Shown here piece by piece: positions 9,412 through 18,712 of a stretch of 64,000 nt of DNA. Below the pieces are notes generated by a model, which did not search any database, was not told the origin of the DNA, and worked only from the letters and a program-made list of their open reading frames with translations. Positions within the stretch are counted from its first letter, which is position 1. Each line of letters begins with the position of its first letter. Source of the DNA: Candidatus Bathyarchaeia archaeon (GTDB lineage: Archaea > Thermoproteota > Bathyarchaeia > Bathyarchaeales > Bathycorpusculaceae); NCBI GenBank assembly GCA_049512075.1, contig JBEKXL010000004.1, positions 32,001 through 96,000 of the forward strand. The letters are read 5' to 3'. The translations under genes were made by a program, and so were the position numbers.

Positions 9412-9903
9412 CTAACGTTTCGATTGGAAAACTTCGGTTTCAGCCAGAATGTAAACGTAGCCAGAATCGGTGTTCCACCGCCTAATTTTCTCCTTCTTAA
9501 CCAGATCAAGCAGAACTCCTGCGAGCGTCCGCCCGGGATACTCCAGGCCGTTGGCCTTCAAAGCGTCCCTCAACTCCTCAACCGTGCGTGGACGCCACTT
9601 TCCCCAATCAGTCTCGAGAAGCCTCAGGATGGCCTCGTCGCAGGTTTCCGCGGCTGAAATCCTGGGGTATTTTTCGGAGGCGGTCTTCTCGTCCTTTGGT
9701 GCCTCCGTCTTCACTGTGAGTGTTGCGAACTTTTTGGGTCTCACAGCGTCGAAAGCCTTTTGGACATTGCTGATTAGGCTGGATAAATCCTCGATGGTCT
9801 TTAGAACTTCGTCGCGGGTGCCTCCGACCTCAATTTCGCACTCGCCCAGCTTCACCCGAAAAACGAAACTGCTGCCCACTGCTTTCCCCTTCTTCGCCCT
9901 CAA
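9412..9903 (-). CDS. Hypothetical protein, N-terminal beta-hairpin/helix + C-terminal winged helix (similar to 7099-7500)
   Basis: FRVKLGECEIEV; AETCDEAILRLLETDW vs AETCKGIIQKLWEEGW; LAGVLLDLVKKEKIRR. Confidence 0.75.
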   Translation of the reverse strand: MRAKKGKAVGSSFVFRVKLGECEIEVGGTRDEVLKTIEDLSSLISNVQKAFDAVRPKKFATLTVKTEAPKDEKTASEKYPRISAAETCDEAILRLLETDWGKWRPRTVEELRDALKANGLEYPGRTLAGVLLDLVKKEKIRRWNTDSGYVYILAETEVFQSKR

Positions 9904-9964
9904 ATCAATCCCGCATATAGCATGGGGCTAACCGCTTTTAGCATTTACGTATATCGGTGTTTTT

Positions 9965-10120
9965 TCACTGTATTCCGAGAGTTTCTTCAGCGCGCGCGAC
10001 GATTCCGCGTTGTACATCAAAGGCGACGACAGAAAAACCAGCATCAGCAAACAGGGTAGCGGCGCGCTCTACTGCAACTCTCAGAATTTTCTCGACTAAG
10101 ATCTCAAGCCAGCCATACAT
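9965..10120 (-). pseudogene. Fragment resembling the N-terminus of a nucleotide-sugar (UDP-Glc/GDP-Man/WecC family) dehydrogenase
   Basis: KILRVAV-ERA-ATLFADAGFSVVAFDVQRGIV-ARA; resembles Rossmann beta1-alphaA-beta2 with the GxGxxG loop missing. Confidence 0.4.
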
Positions 10121-10123
10121 GCC

Positions 10124-10253
10124 CTTCAAGGTCGCCCCCCTTTCATTTGTACTGTCAGATGTAATGTTGCATTGTTACAAACCATGAAGAAAAACACACT
10201 GGGCTATCCTTCAGAGTCGACTCAGCCCTTTTGTTTGTAATGTCAGATGTAAT
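10124..10253 (-). repeat. Dispersed ~130-bp intergenic repeat, copy 2
   Basis: Reverse complement aligns with 1738-1868, including both internal ATTACATCTGACA(T/G)TACAA units. Confidence 0.85.
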
Positions 10254-10350
10254 GTGTATTGTAATAGACCAGGGATTGCAGGTAGTTGCCCGTGGCACAA
10301 AGACAGAATGGCTAGGTCTGGCAGGCCTACTACGCCGTTGCCGTCTGCGT

Positions 10351-11070
10351 TCAGGTTTCATTTGCTTTCGCCTGCGCGCTAGCGTGTTGCCAAATTCGGG
10401 GAATTGAAATGAACTTGTTCGATCGCGCTTGGGCTTGGACAGACACACATGATCTGGTATGTAAAAGTTTCATGAGAACGCAACCATGCTTGGACGGTGA
10501 GCAGAAATTGACACAAACAATTCGATTTAGCAACGCCCTAGCGCGCGCTGATGTTTGTTGTTCCTTTGTCACTCCATTTAGTACGAAGGCAAACATGAAC
10601 AAGGCAAGTGAAGGAAAAATCAAGTAGTAGCCTTGTTGATATTCTCCAAGACCTCCAAGTACTATTTGTCCTGCATAAATCATCAAACCCAGAACTCCGA
10701 GACACAGCAAAACTGGAACAAATGATAGAATTCTTCTATTGAAGAAGACAAAGCCTACGCCAAAGACCAGCGTCAAAACCTGAATTATGAACATCGATAC
10801 TAATGCCCAAGACATCGGTTGGAATTCTGCCAAACCAGTAGTTCCCCAGTAATTAGAGAACCAATACTGCCTTGGTCCCTGTTGCAAGTTACCGTAGAAG
10901 TCACGTCTATATGACCAATAATAATTCGACATTCCGCCCAATACTGACATGTAGAGAAAAAAGGGAGAAATGACAGAAAACAAAAACACTAAGCACCCAA
11001 TTACCACCAGAGCCTTCTTAAGAATATCCAAGACCGATAACTTTGTAGACACACTCTTGAGTTTAAACAA
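10351..11070 (-). CDS. Hypothetical membrane protein (~4 TM helices); C-terminal ~65 aa probably junk read-through
   Basis: Four hydrophobic segments; sequence loses protein-like character after TKEQQT, next to the GC motif at 10539. Confidence 0.6.
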   Translation of the reverse strand: MFKLKSVSTKLSVLDILKKALVVIGCLVFLFSVISPFFLYMSVLGGMSNYYWSYRRDFYGNLQQGPRQYWFSNYWGTTGLAEFQPMSWALVSMFIIQVLTLVFGVGFVFFNRRILSFVPVLLCLGVLGLMIYAGQIVLGGLGEYQQGYYLIFPSLALFMFAFVLNGVTKEQQTSARARALLNRIVCVNFCSPSKHGCVLMKLLHTRSCVSVQAQARSNKFISIPRIWQHASAQAKANET

Positions 11071-11192
11071 GCACTGTCACATAGAATATGAGCACAAAGC
11101 CTTAAAAGTTCAGCGCCCGCTAATTCAGGGACAAGCCAGCGCGCGACCTGACTTTGTGTCATCTGTTGATATTGTGAGAGTATTTTACTAAT

Positions 11193-11673
11193 TCAATTGC
11201 GTAGCCGATTTGACCTTTCTCTTTCAACGATAACGCGGGTTGGAGCAATCAGCACAGATTTCTTTATTCGATCCGCTATCTTTGTGACCCCTCTTACAGG
11301 GCTGATATTCTCCATTACTCGTTCTAGCTCGATAGTTGCATGGCTCACAGCATCCCTTGGATTTCTCATTCGCCGCACCTAAAACCTCTTCGAATTTCCT
11401 CGCGCGCTCAGACACTTGGAACTCTCTATCGCCTCTGTTCTTTTCTGTTTTATCTTGCTCAGCTTTCTTTTGGATTTTTCTATCGCTTTTGTCCTTCTCT
11501 TTTCTACCCTTCTCAGCTTTATCTTGGAGTTTTTTATCGCTCCTAGCCTTCTCTTTTTTATCTTTCTCAGCTTTGTCTTGAAGTTTCTTGTCACCCTTGT
11601 CCTTTTCTTTTCTAACGTTCTCAGCTCTACCTCTTTCAGCCTTTTCAGCGCGTTCAATCTCTTTTCTGCTCAT
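11193..11673 (-). CDS. Charged 18-aa-repeat protein, probably frameshifted near 11378
   Basis: ORF 11224-11673 is K/E/D/R-rich; a more protein-like tail RRMRNPRDAVSHATIELERVMENI continues in ORF 11193-11378. Confidence 0.5.
11416..11610 (-). repeat. ~3.6 x 54-bp imperfect coding tandem repeat
   Basis: KEKDKGDKKLQDKAEKDK / KEKARSDKKLQDKAEKGR / KEKDKSDRKIQKKAEQDK / TEKNRGDREFQ. Confidence 0.8.
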
Positions 11674-11905
11674 TCAATTCCCTAATTCTCTACTTGCAGA
11701 AGAGGATTTAAACTCGTCGTTATCTGTCAATTTCCAAATCAAAAATGGCCTGTCAATTTTAGGAGCACTCGACGGCACGCGTTATTGAAGACCAGTATTC
11801 TCTCTTGCCATCAACTCGGGTTTGGGATAAAACTCTGCCCCAAACCAACCATGTGTTGCAGCGCGTGCTAGTCGCTACATTGGGCAGCGTGGGAAAAACC
11901 AGGAT

Positions 11906-12171
11906 CTAGTAACAAATCATCTTGTCATAGGTTTCCAGAAACTTCTGTCCAGCTTCTGTTCTACAATACTTCACTCTTCCCGTTATTGCGTCTGTCTGGA
12001 TAAGATCGCTTGACTTCATGAAACTCAAGTGATACCCTGACTTTTGAAGCTCATATTACACTTGGATAGGATATTTGTAACGCCTGTTGGTTCCAGCAAC
12101 TCTCTCAGAATTTCCGCTACTATGTCAAATGTGTAACGGTTTCTTCCAAGCAACCTTCTTATTTTTAACAT
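11906..12171 (-). pseudogene. Frameshifted archaeal winged-helix regulator (HTH_45-like)
   Basis: MLKIRRLLGRNRYTFDIVAEILRELLEPTGVTNILSKCNMSFK, then after a shift GYHLSFMKSSDLIQ...KYCRTEAGQKFLETYDKM; same pattern as intact 62602-62958. Confidence 0.6.
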
Positions 12172-12548
12172 GTTTGTAACCTCTGAGGCAAAACAAGCCA
12201 TTTCTAAGCAAAAGCGAAATATTGCAATAACCTATCGGCGTGCCTTTCCTCATATATACATCGCAAGTTTACCTTACAAGGATGAGCTGCCCAAGATCGC
12301 TTCTCTACCTTCTCTTCTGTTTCTTTCCCCCACGAGCTCTTCTCGTTTGATGACCCTTCGCTTTGTCACGGCGAGCGCTCTCGATGACTTTTCTACGGGA
12401 ATTCTGTCCTCCACCCATGTCTTGTCACCTCACCCTTCAATCGTCAATAGTACCTTTTCTCAAATAAACCTGTTGGCAATAGTCCATCCACATTTTTATG
12501 TTTAATCAAGCCATAAAAGGGCAGACTTATAAAGGTATAACGGTAGAC

Positions 12549-12732
12549 ATGACCGACATGCCGAAGAAGAAGACCAGCCTAAACATAGAGGAAGACACTT
12601 GGAAACAATGGTCTGCTCTTTGTCATTCAAAAGCACGGATCAAGCCGGAGAGTAAGCGAAGAAACGGCCAGAGCTGTCAAAGAATACATGAAAAAGCATG
12701 GAGATGAAAGAATAGATGACAAAGGAGACTGA
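12549..12732 (+). pseudogene. Ribbon-helix-helix protein with +1 frameshift
   Basis: KKTSLNIEEDTWKQW, then (removing 1 nt at ~12612) LLFVIQKHGSSRRVSEETARAVKEYMKKH. Confidence 0.6.
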
Positions 12733-12964
12733 TCAAACCGCAAACTCGCACAAACTAGTTAATGTGACCTTCGACGAAGACCAGATGAAGATTATCCGGT
12801 CATTGAAAGGCTTTGGAACAGAAGACGCAGAAATAGTCAGATCAATCGTGATAGCCTACCTAAGCGAACACAACTATATCAAGCAAGCGTCCATAGATCG
12901 CGATCGCTCAATCGAGGAATCAGATAGAAAGTACAAACTTGCTCGCGCAGGCGGCAACTTCTGA
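12716..12964 (+). CDS. CopG/RHH-like small DNA-binding protein
   Basis: VNVTFDEDQMKIIRSLKGFGTEDAEIVRSIVIAYLSEH. Confidence 0.6.
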   Translation: MTKETDQTANSHKLVNVTFDEDQMKIIRSLKGFGTEDAEIVRSIVIAYLSEHNYIKQASIDRDRSIEESDRKYKLARAGGNF

Positions 12965-13182
12965 ATCGACCTATTGCAAAACTCAAGGCTACAACGCATT
13001 AAAGATAAACTTCAGAAAAGATCGCAGAAAAGCACACGCTCTAGTCTCATCTATTTCAAGGTTTCTTTTCTCATCGAATCTTGAAGTGCTCGGCCTATTC
13101 CTATGCTGGAGTAAAGCAACAAGAGCAGGTTATAGAAAAAGAGAGATGAGATTTGTTTGACTAGGCACTCTGCGGATGATAA

Positions 13183-13524
13183 CTATCGTTGACTTTGCCC
13201 GTGCGCCATCTTTGCTTGAGCTTTCCAGAGAGCCCCCAGGATTTCCTTGCCTTTCTCGTAGGGCACTATTTCATGTACGCTCGAAGTGTAGTAGGGCAAG
13301 AACATGCTTATGTTTCTAAAGGTAGTTTCTGAATCTTTTTCGCCAATTGCGTACCCTGATGTTCCGTCCAGAAAGAAGCCGAACTCTTTGATTTCGCCCT
13401 TCTTCAGGAGGCTGTCTATACCGTCCCAAATTCCTTCTCTCAATTTTGAAAGCTCAGCGGGTTCCTTGGGCCATGATGCTAACGGGTTCTGATGCCACAA
13501 TATCAAGAATCTGGTCAAAAACAC
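13183..13524 (-). CDS. Hypothetical protein (small alpha/beta fold)
   Basis: Protein-like composition (KKGEIKEFGFFLDGTSGYAIGE); GGGG/AT-rich promoter-like region upstream. Confidence 0.6.
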   Translation of the reverse strand: MFLTRFLILWHQNPLASWPKEPAELSKLREGIWDGIDSLLKKGEIKEFGFFLDGTSGYAIGEKDSETTFRNISMFLPYYTSSVHEIVPYEKGKEILGALWKAQAKMAHGQSQR

Positions 13525-13880
13525 CCCTACTATTCCTTGCTATAACTAGTATTTATAATAAGCAGGGACAATGCGCGCGCGTCTGGTGACACTCTATGCA
13601 CATAACATCTAGCGTGCGCTCTTTCTTTTGCTGTTCGCGGAAATAAGATCGCATGTCTCCAGATGACGACTTAAGCCGCTTAAACGCGTAAACCGATACC
13701 CGTATAAGGGTGTATGCACATTATATCATATAAGGATAAGCTAAAAGGATGGATGTACAATGATAACCGAAACAAGAGCAATACTTTGGCATATGGCAAT
13801 TTGCTTATTGGAAGAACCTCTGACACGTGCGAATCGTGACTAACAAATTGAAGCAATACAAAAACAGGTTGGTAATTGAA

Positions 13881-14024
13881 ATGGGGCGAATTTGCGTGGA
13901 GCTCCCAGATGAACTGGAGAAGAAGCTCAGGTTCAAAGCAATCGAGAGATTTGGCGGCAAGAAAGGCGACCTATCTAAGGCTGTCGAAGAATCTGTAAGA
14001 ACATGGGTTGCCCAAGACAAATAG
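13881..14024 (+). CDS. RHH (CopG-like) protein
   Basis: MGRICVELPDELEKKLRFKAIERFGGKKGDLSKAVEESVRTWV; ATG at 13881. Confidence 0.75.
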   Translation: MGRICVELPDELEKKLRFKAIERFGGKKGDLSKAVEESVRTWVAQDK

Positions 14025-14249
14025 ACGCACGAACAAGCCATGCATTATGATTGGCCTTTCAACAAAAGCTCCACGGTTCGAGTTTGTCTTCACCCCCACC
14101 ACCCAGCAATTTTCTTGGGAGAAAGGGCTGTTCCGGCTCGGCGAAAGACTCTTTTTCGGCTTTCTTTCGCTTCAAGCACAGTTATATGCTGCTCTTTATT
14201 CCACTACTCGCGCGTTTTGGGTTTTGGGCAAAACTTTAGCCGCACACAC

Positions 14250-14483
14250 TTACTCGTCTTGAGTTTCAAGTTCCGAGACTATGTCTTCTGCAGTCTTTTT
14301 GTTAGCAAGCCAGTCAAAGAACAGTTGCCAAGACCTCTCACGTTCGCCGTTCATAATTGATTCCAAAAGCTTCTGAAAGAACAAAAATGTTACGTCTTCT
14401 GGCAGTTTCATAAGTTTTTCATGCGCTGCGTTTTCCAAGTCCTCGAAGAATTTCACTTGAGCCTCCTTAGTCTCCTTTTCCAT
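14250..14483 (-). CDS. Hypothetical protein
   Basis: Acidic helical ORF with GAGGGGA upstream. Confidence 0.5.
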   Translation of the reverse strand: MEKETKEAQVKFFEDLENAAHEKLMKLPEDVTFLFFQKLLESIMNGERERSWQLFFDWLANKKTAEDIVSELETQDE

Positions 14484-14674
14484 TTCATCCCCTCTTCTTA
14501 ACCAGCATTTGGCGGACGCTCGAAGTGCTGCATGAAGATTCTTCCATAAAGTACTTAGTTAGACCCTGGTTACTCTTTTGAGTTTGGATTTGGGTAAAAC
14601 TTTCCACCAAACCAACGATTTCTGAATATTATTTACCGAGATAGTCTTATTAGAGGCGGGCGGCAGAGCTATCC

Positions 14675-14836
14675 TTGGGGAAGACTATCTTGGGGATTGA
14701 CCCTTTGGTCTTGGTAGTCATTGTTCTGGTAATCGGCATAGTTCTGGCGGTATTAGCCTTTGTTTTTTATCGGAGGAGTTTTGCCAGACGGGAAGCTACC
14801 CACTCGCCTTCACGACCCCCGCCAAGGCCTCAATAG
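14675..14836 (+). CDS. Possible single-TM microprotein or C-terminal remnant
   Basis: LGKTILGIDPLVLVVIVLVIGIVLAVLAFVFYRRSFARRE...PPPRPQ: TM helix followed by basic residues. Confidence 0.4.
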   Translation: MGKTILGIDPLVLVVIVLVIGIVLAVLAFVFYRRSFARREATHSPSRPPPRPQ

Positions 14837-14903
14837 GCAGCGTCGTTGGTTGGACAAAGCTTTACCCCGGAAGAGTTCCTGAAAAAACTAGCTGAACTGG
14901 AGG

Positions 14904-15131
14904 ATGGCAATGACGTCAAGAGGATACATAGATTTCAACTGCGATTACTGGTGCGCGTTCTGCGGGCGCAAAGTTCCTAAAGGACAGGAAAAACATGACA
15001 GCCTAGGCCGTCCGATAGACTGGAAATGCGGGCACCTGCTCCGCTACAAAGTAAGAAACAAAAATCAGGGAAAAGACAAAACTTTACCCCCAACCAAACC
15101 AAAATTGGGGACTTCACAAAAACTTTTTTGA
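14904..15131 (+). CDS. Small zinc-ribbon protein
   Basis: YWCAFCG...WKCGH; GGAGG RBS upstream. Confidence 0.5.
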   Translation: MAMTSRGYIDFNCDYWCAFCGRKVPKGQEKHDSLGRPIDWKCGHLLRYKVRNKNQGKDKTLPPTKPKLGTSQKLF

Positions 15132-15453
15132 CCACGCTTTTTGTGACAATCTGAATTTTTGTAAATGAAACTTACCGTAAGAATACTAGCGTGCGCTGGG
15201 CATCCAACCTTTGACGCTGACCGTTGAGAATGTCAAAGCAGAGTTGAGCAATCTGAAGAGAATAGTCAGGAGAATTGAAGAAAAAAGATGGCTCCCGCTG
15301 TTATGTGCAACATGTGAAAAACCGTTGTCGCTAGAATTCAAGCTATGCCCAAAGCATACAGGTAAACACGCTATTCTCAACTTCAGTCAGCCCAAAAGAA
15401 GTGCCTTGAACAGAAAGCGCGCCTGTGTTGCCATCTTCTTAAGCACCTCCCTT

Positions 15454-17361
15454 TCACTTTTTGCAGGCGTGTTCCAGTCTCTTCTTGACGAGTTCACTCA
15501 CTGATGCCGCGTTGGCTTTGCCTCGAACTTCTTTCATGACCATGCCTATCAGTGGTCCGAAGGCGTTTGCTCTCCGCTCTTGAATCATGCTTCTGTTTCG
15601 TTCTATTAAAGAGTCGACGACCTTTTCAAGTTCTTCGCTGGAAAGCATCTTCAGGCCAATCTTGTTGATTGCGTCTTTCACGGTGCTGTTTTCATGTTGT
15701 GAAAGCCAGCTGACGATTCCAGGGACAGCCTCTTTTGTCAATCTTCCCGAACCCACGGCTCTGAAGACTTCTCTTATTTGATTGTCAGAGACCTTTTCAA
15801 CGCGGACACCGTCACGTTTCAGTGCTTTCGCCGTTTCTGTCATGAAAGCGGCCACGGTCGTCGGCGAAACGTTACTCTCTTTAACGGTGGTTTCGAACAA
15901 TTCACCGTACTCGGAATCAAGAATTTGCTTGGCCAATTTCTGATTCAGATTATACGTTTTGGTCAGCCGCTCAAGTTTCTGTTCTGGAAGTTCTGGCAGC
16001 CTGAGGCTAACGCTTTTCACGTAGTCTTCGGCTATCTGTATGGGCGGGATGTCAGTTTCGGGATACATTCGTGCTGCTCCCGGGCGGGGCCTCATGTACC
16101 TCGTCGTTCCGTCAGCGTTTGGCGCACGAGTCTCCGCCGGCACGCCGTTCAAAGCTTCTCGTGCTCTTTCCACAACGGCCTTTAACGCGTCTCTAGCGTT
16201 TTCAGCCTTGTCGGCAACGAACACCACGGCGTCCTCATCCTCTGCTTTGACCGTTTTCCTCAGTTCTTCAACTTCTTCTGCCGTTATGTCGTACGCTGGC
16301 ATTTCATCTGTATGGAATATGCCGCCGACTCTTCCCCAGAATCTGGCTTTGTCAGCCATTTCTGTTCCGAGGCGGAACCCTGGCATCAGCTCCCGCTTCA
16401 AGAAACCTCTGAATTTTGTCAGTTTAACCGCTAGGACTTGTTGGTTGGCATCTAGGGCTTTACGGATAACCTTGCACTTTGTCTGCTTGAACACGCGGCT
16501 GATGTCGAAGAATTCTTCTTTCAGATTCTCCTGTTTCACCGCTGTTTTGTTCAGTTCTACAGCTATTCCTATGAGGTTTATTTGTCGCTGAACTTCGTAC
16601 TCCACGACCAGAGGGACAAGGTCAAGCTCTTGGAGCCCCTTGATCTCCATGAGCGCACCGTTAGGAATCGATATGTTTATGTCCTGGCGTATAGTGCCCA
16701 AACCTCGAATCACTTTTCCAGTAGCCCTCAAGATTCTTCCGATGGCAAGAGCAACTTCCTCTGCTTCCTTCGGCGACTTTATGACAGGCGCGGTCGCAAT
16801 CTCTATCAGCGGTATGCCCAACCGATCGATGCGATAACGGGTTAGATTCCCTCCTTCCTCGCTGGTCTTTCTCGCCGCGTCCTCTTCCAAGCCGGCGTGT
16901 TGAATCGGAACGGTTTTTTCTCCCACTTTTATTTCGCCGTCTAAGGCTATTACACAGGTTCTTTGGAAGCCCGTCGTGTTGGATCCGTCTATCACCGTCT
17001 TGCGCATCACGTGAATCTCGTCAACAGGTTTGGCCTTCATCATCAGAGCCACGGTCAGAACTGTTTCGACGGCTTCGGGATTCAGCGGGTGAGGCGGCTC
17101 CTCGTCCATTTCAACAAGGCATGAGGTTGCCCTGTTGGCTTCGTAGAGGATTTTCACTCCTTTCTGAAACTCAAAATAAGCCGCGGGATCAACTTGGCCG
17201 AGCTCGCTTTGAGTGGGTCTGAGTCCGCGGAGAAAAGTTATCTCTGGCTCTTCCTTGAAGAGTTCCGGCCTGCAACTGCAGAACAACTTCGCAGAAGTAT
17301 CAAGTTGCTGGTGGATTTCCAGCCCGACTTTCAACCCGACCTTCTCATAGTCTATTTCCAT
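15454..17361 (-). CDS. gatE: Glutamyl-tRNA(Gln) amidotransferase subunit E
   Basis: GLEIHQQL, MRKTVIDGSNTTGFQRT, LEEDAARK, RGLGTIRQD, RPRPGAARMYPETD. Confidence 0.97.
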   Translation of the reverse strand: MEIDYEKVGLKVGLEIHQQLDTSAKLFCSCRPELFKEEPEITFLRGLRPTQSELGQVDPAAYFEFQKGVKILYEANRATSCLVEMDEEPPHPLNPEAVETVLTVALMMKAKPVDEIHVMRKTVIDGSNTTGFQRTCVIALDGEIKVGEKTVPIQHAGLEEDAARKTSEEGGNLTRYRIDRLGIPLIEIATAPVIKSPKEAEEVALAIGRILRATGKVIRGLGTIRQDINISIPNGALMEIKGLQELDLVPLVVEYEVQRQINLIGIAVELNKTAVKQENLKEEFFDISRVFKQTKCKVIRKALDANQQVLAVKLTKFRGFLKRELMPGFRLGTEMADKARFWGRVGGIFHTDEMPAYDITAEEVEELRKTVKAEDEDAVVFVADKAENARDALKAVVERAREALNGVPAETRAPNADGTTRYMRPRPGAARMYPETDIPPIQIAEDYVKSVSLRLPELPEQKLERLTKTYNLNQKLAKQILDSEYGELFETTVKESNVSPTTVAAFMTETAKALKRDGVRVEKVSDNQIREVFRAVGSGRLTKEAVPGIVSWLSQHENSTVKDAINKIGLKMLSSEELEKVVDSLIERNRSMIQERRANAFGPLIGMVMKEVRGKANAASVSELVKKRLEHACKK

Positions 17362-17389
17362 TCAATCACCCCTTCCAATCCACGCTGGG

Positions 17390-18712
17390 TCATTCTGGAA
17401 CGGTCCGCGCTGAGATTTCTCCCGCAACATTGGTCTTCAGAAGTCTCTTTGCGCCGTCCACATCTTTTGTCTGACCTAAGACCCACATGAGCTTAACAAG
17501 AGCTGTCTCGGGAAGCATGTCCTCTAACGGGATCACACCCTGAGCCTGCAGGTCGCGGCCTGCGTCATAAACGTTCATGTTCACCCTCCCCCAGATGCAC
17601 TGAGATGTCATTGCTACAACAACATCTCTTGCGACGGCTTTTCGTACAGCTCCGAAACTCTTCATGCTGATGTGGCCGAGACCTGTTCCTTCGAGGATTA
17701 TTCCCCTGTAATCTTGGTCCACAAGCCAATCTATCACAGCCGGGTTCATGCCTGGATAGAATTTGACCAGGGCAACTTTGTCGTTGAATTCAGGCTTTAA
17801 CGCAGGTCTCCCTGAGTCGCTGCGTTTCTTGTAGTCCTGTGTCAGCATGGTCAGTTCTCGGTTCTTCATTCTCGCTATTGGAGTTGCGTTCACGGATTTG
17901 AAGGCGTCCCTTCTGCTCGTGTGGCATTTGCGGACTTTCGTGCCTCTGTGAAACACTATAGAGTCGTCTGAGGTTGTTTCGTGCATGGCAACTGTCACTT
18001 CTGCGAAGGGTGCTCTTGCTGCTGCTGAAACGGCGCCTATGAGGTTTGTGGCCGCATCCGAGCTCGGCCTGTCTGCTGAGCGCTGTGAACCCACGATTAC
18101 GACTGGAAAGGGAAGATTTTGCAGAGCGAAGCTGAGGGCTGCCGCCGTGTAGCCCATCGTGTCTGTTCCATGAGCTATGACAACCCCGTTCACGCCCTCA
18201 GCAGCCTGGTCGGCTATAGCCTTCGCGAGTTCTCCCCATTGCTGCGGGGTTATGTTCTCGCTGAAGAGACTGAAAAGAATCTGGGCGTTGATTCGCGCAA
18301 TTTCTGCTAGTTCGGGCACGACGCTGTATAGGTCGCCAGCTGTCAATGCGGGTCGCACACCACCTGTTCTATAATCCACTCGGCTCGCTATGGTTCCCCC
18401 CGTGCTTAATATGGTGACCCTTGGCAGTTGCGGGTTCTGTTCAGGTTGAGGTGGAGCTGCAAACGTGGGCTTCGTTCCTTTCCCGACTCTCTCTATCGCA
18501 GTGTCGGATGTTATTTCTATACCGATGTTGTAGCCGTTTTTCAACTTCACGACGATATGAGTTTCGTCGCCGTATTCCGACCGTGGAATCAGGATTCCTT
18601 CGTAGACCTCCTTTTTTCTGGTTACGCGTATCATGTCACCCACATCTGCCCCGACTTTTCTTATGCTAGCCAAGGCTTCTCCCTTGTAGCCTGAAAACTC
18701 CTTCTCACTCAT
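17390..18712 (-). CDS. gatD: Glutamyl-tRNA(Gln) amidotransferase subunit D
   Basis: STGGTIASRVDYRTG, HGTDTM, SQRSADRPSSD, HTSRRDAF; start reassigned to MSEKEFSGY (ATG 18712). Confidence 0.95.
   Translation of the reverse strand: MSEKEFSGYKGEALASIRKVGADVGDMIRVTRKKEVYEGILIPRSEYGDETHIVVKLKNGYNIGIEITSDTAIERVGKGTKPTFAAPPQPEQNPQLPRVTILSTGGTIASRVDYRTGGVRPALTAGDLYSVVPELAEIARINAQILFSLFSENITPQQWGELAKAIADQAAEGVNGVVIAHGTDTMGYTAAALSFALQNLPFPVVIVGSQRSADRPSSDAATNLIGAVSAAARAPFAEVTVAMHETTSDDSIVFHRGTKVRKCHTSRRDAFKSVNATPIARMKNRELTMLTQDYKKRSDSGRPALKPEFNDKVALVKFYPGMNPAVIDWLVDQDYRGIILEGTGLGHISMKSFGAVRKAVARDVVVAMTSQCIWGRVNMNVYDAGRDLQAQGVIPLEDMLPETALVKLMWVLGQTKDVDGAKRLLKTNVAGEISARTVPE

Noticed and set aside
7099-9903. 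wHTH proteins as Z-alpha Z-DNA binders of the (GC)n motif
   Set aside because: Attractive, but the Z-alpha Asn/Tyr/Trp signature is not evident; unsupported without a structural search.
15211-15504. 97-aa ORF with CATC/CPKH
   Set aside because: Overlaps the gatE 3' end on the opposite strand and has a weak start; at best a remnant, so not called.
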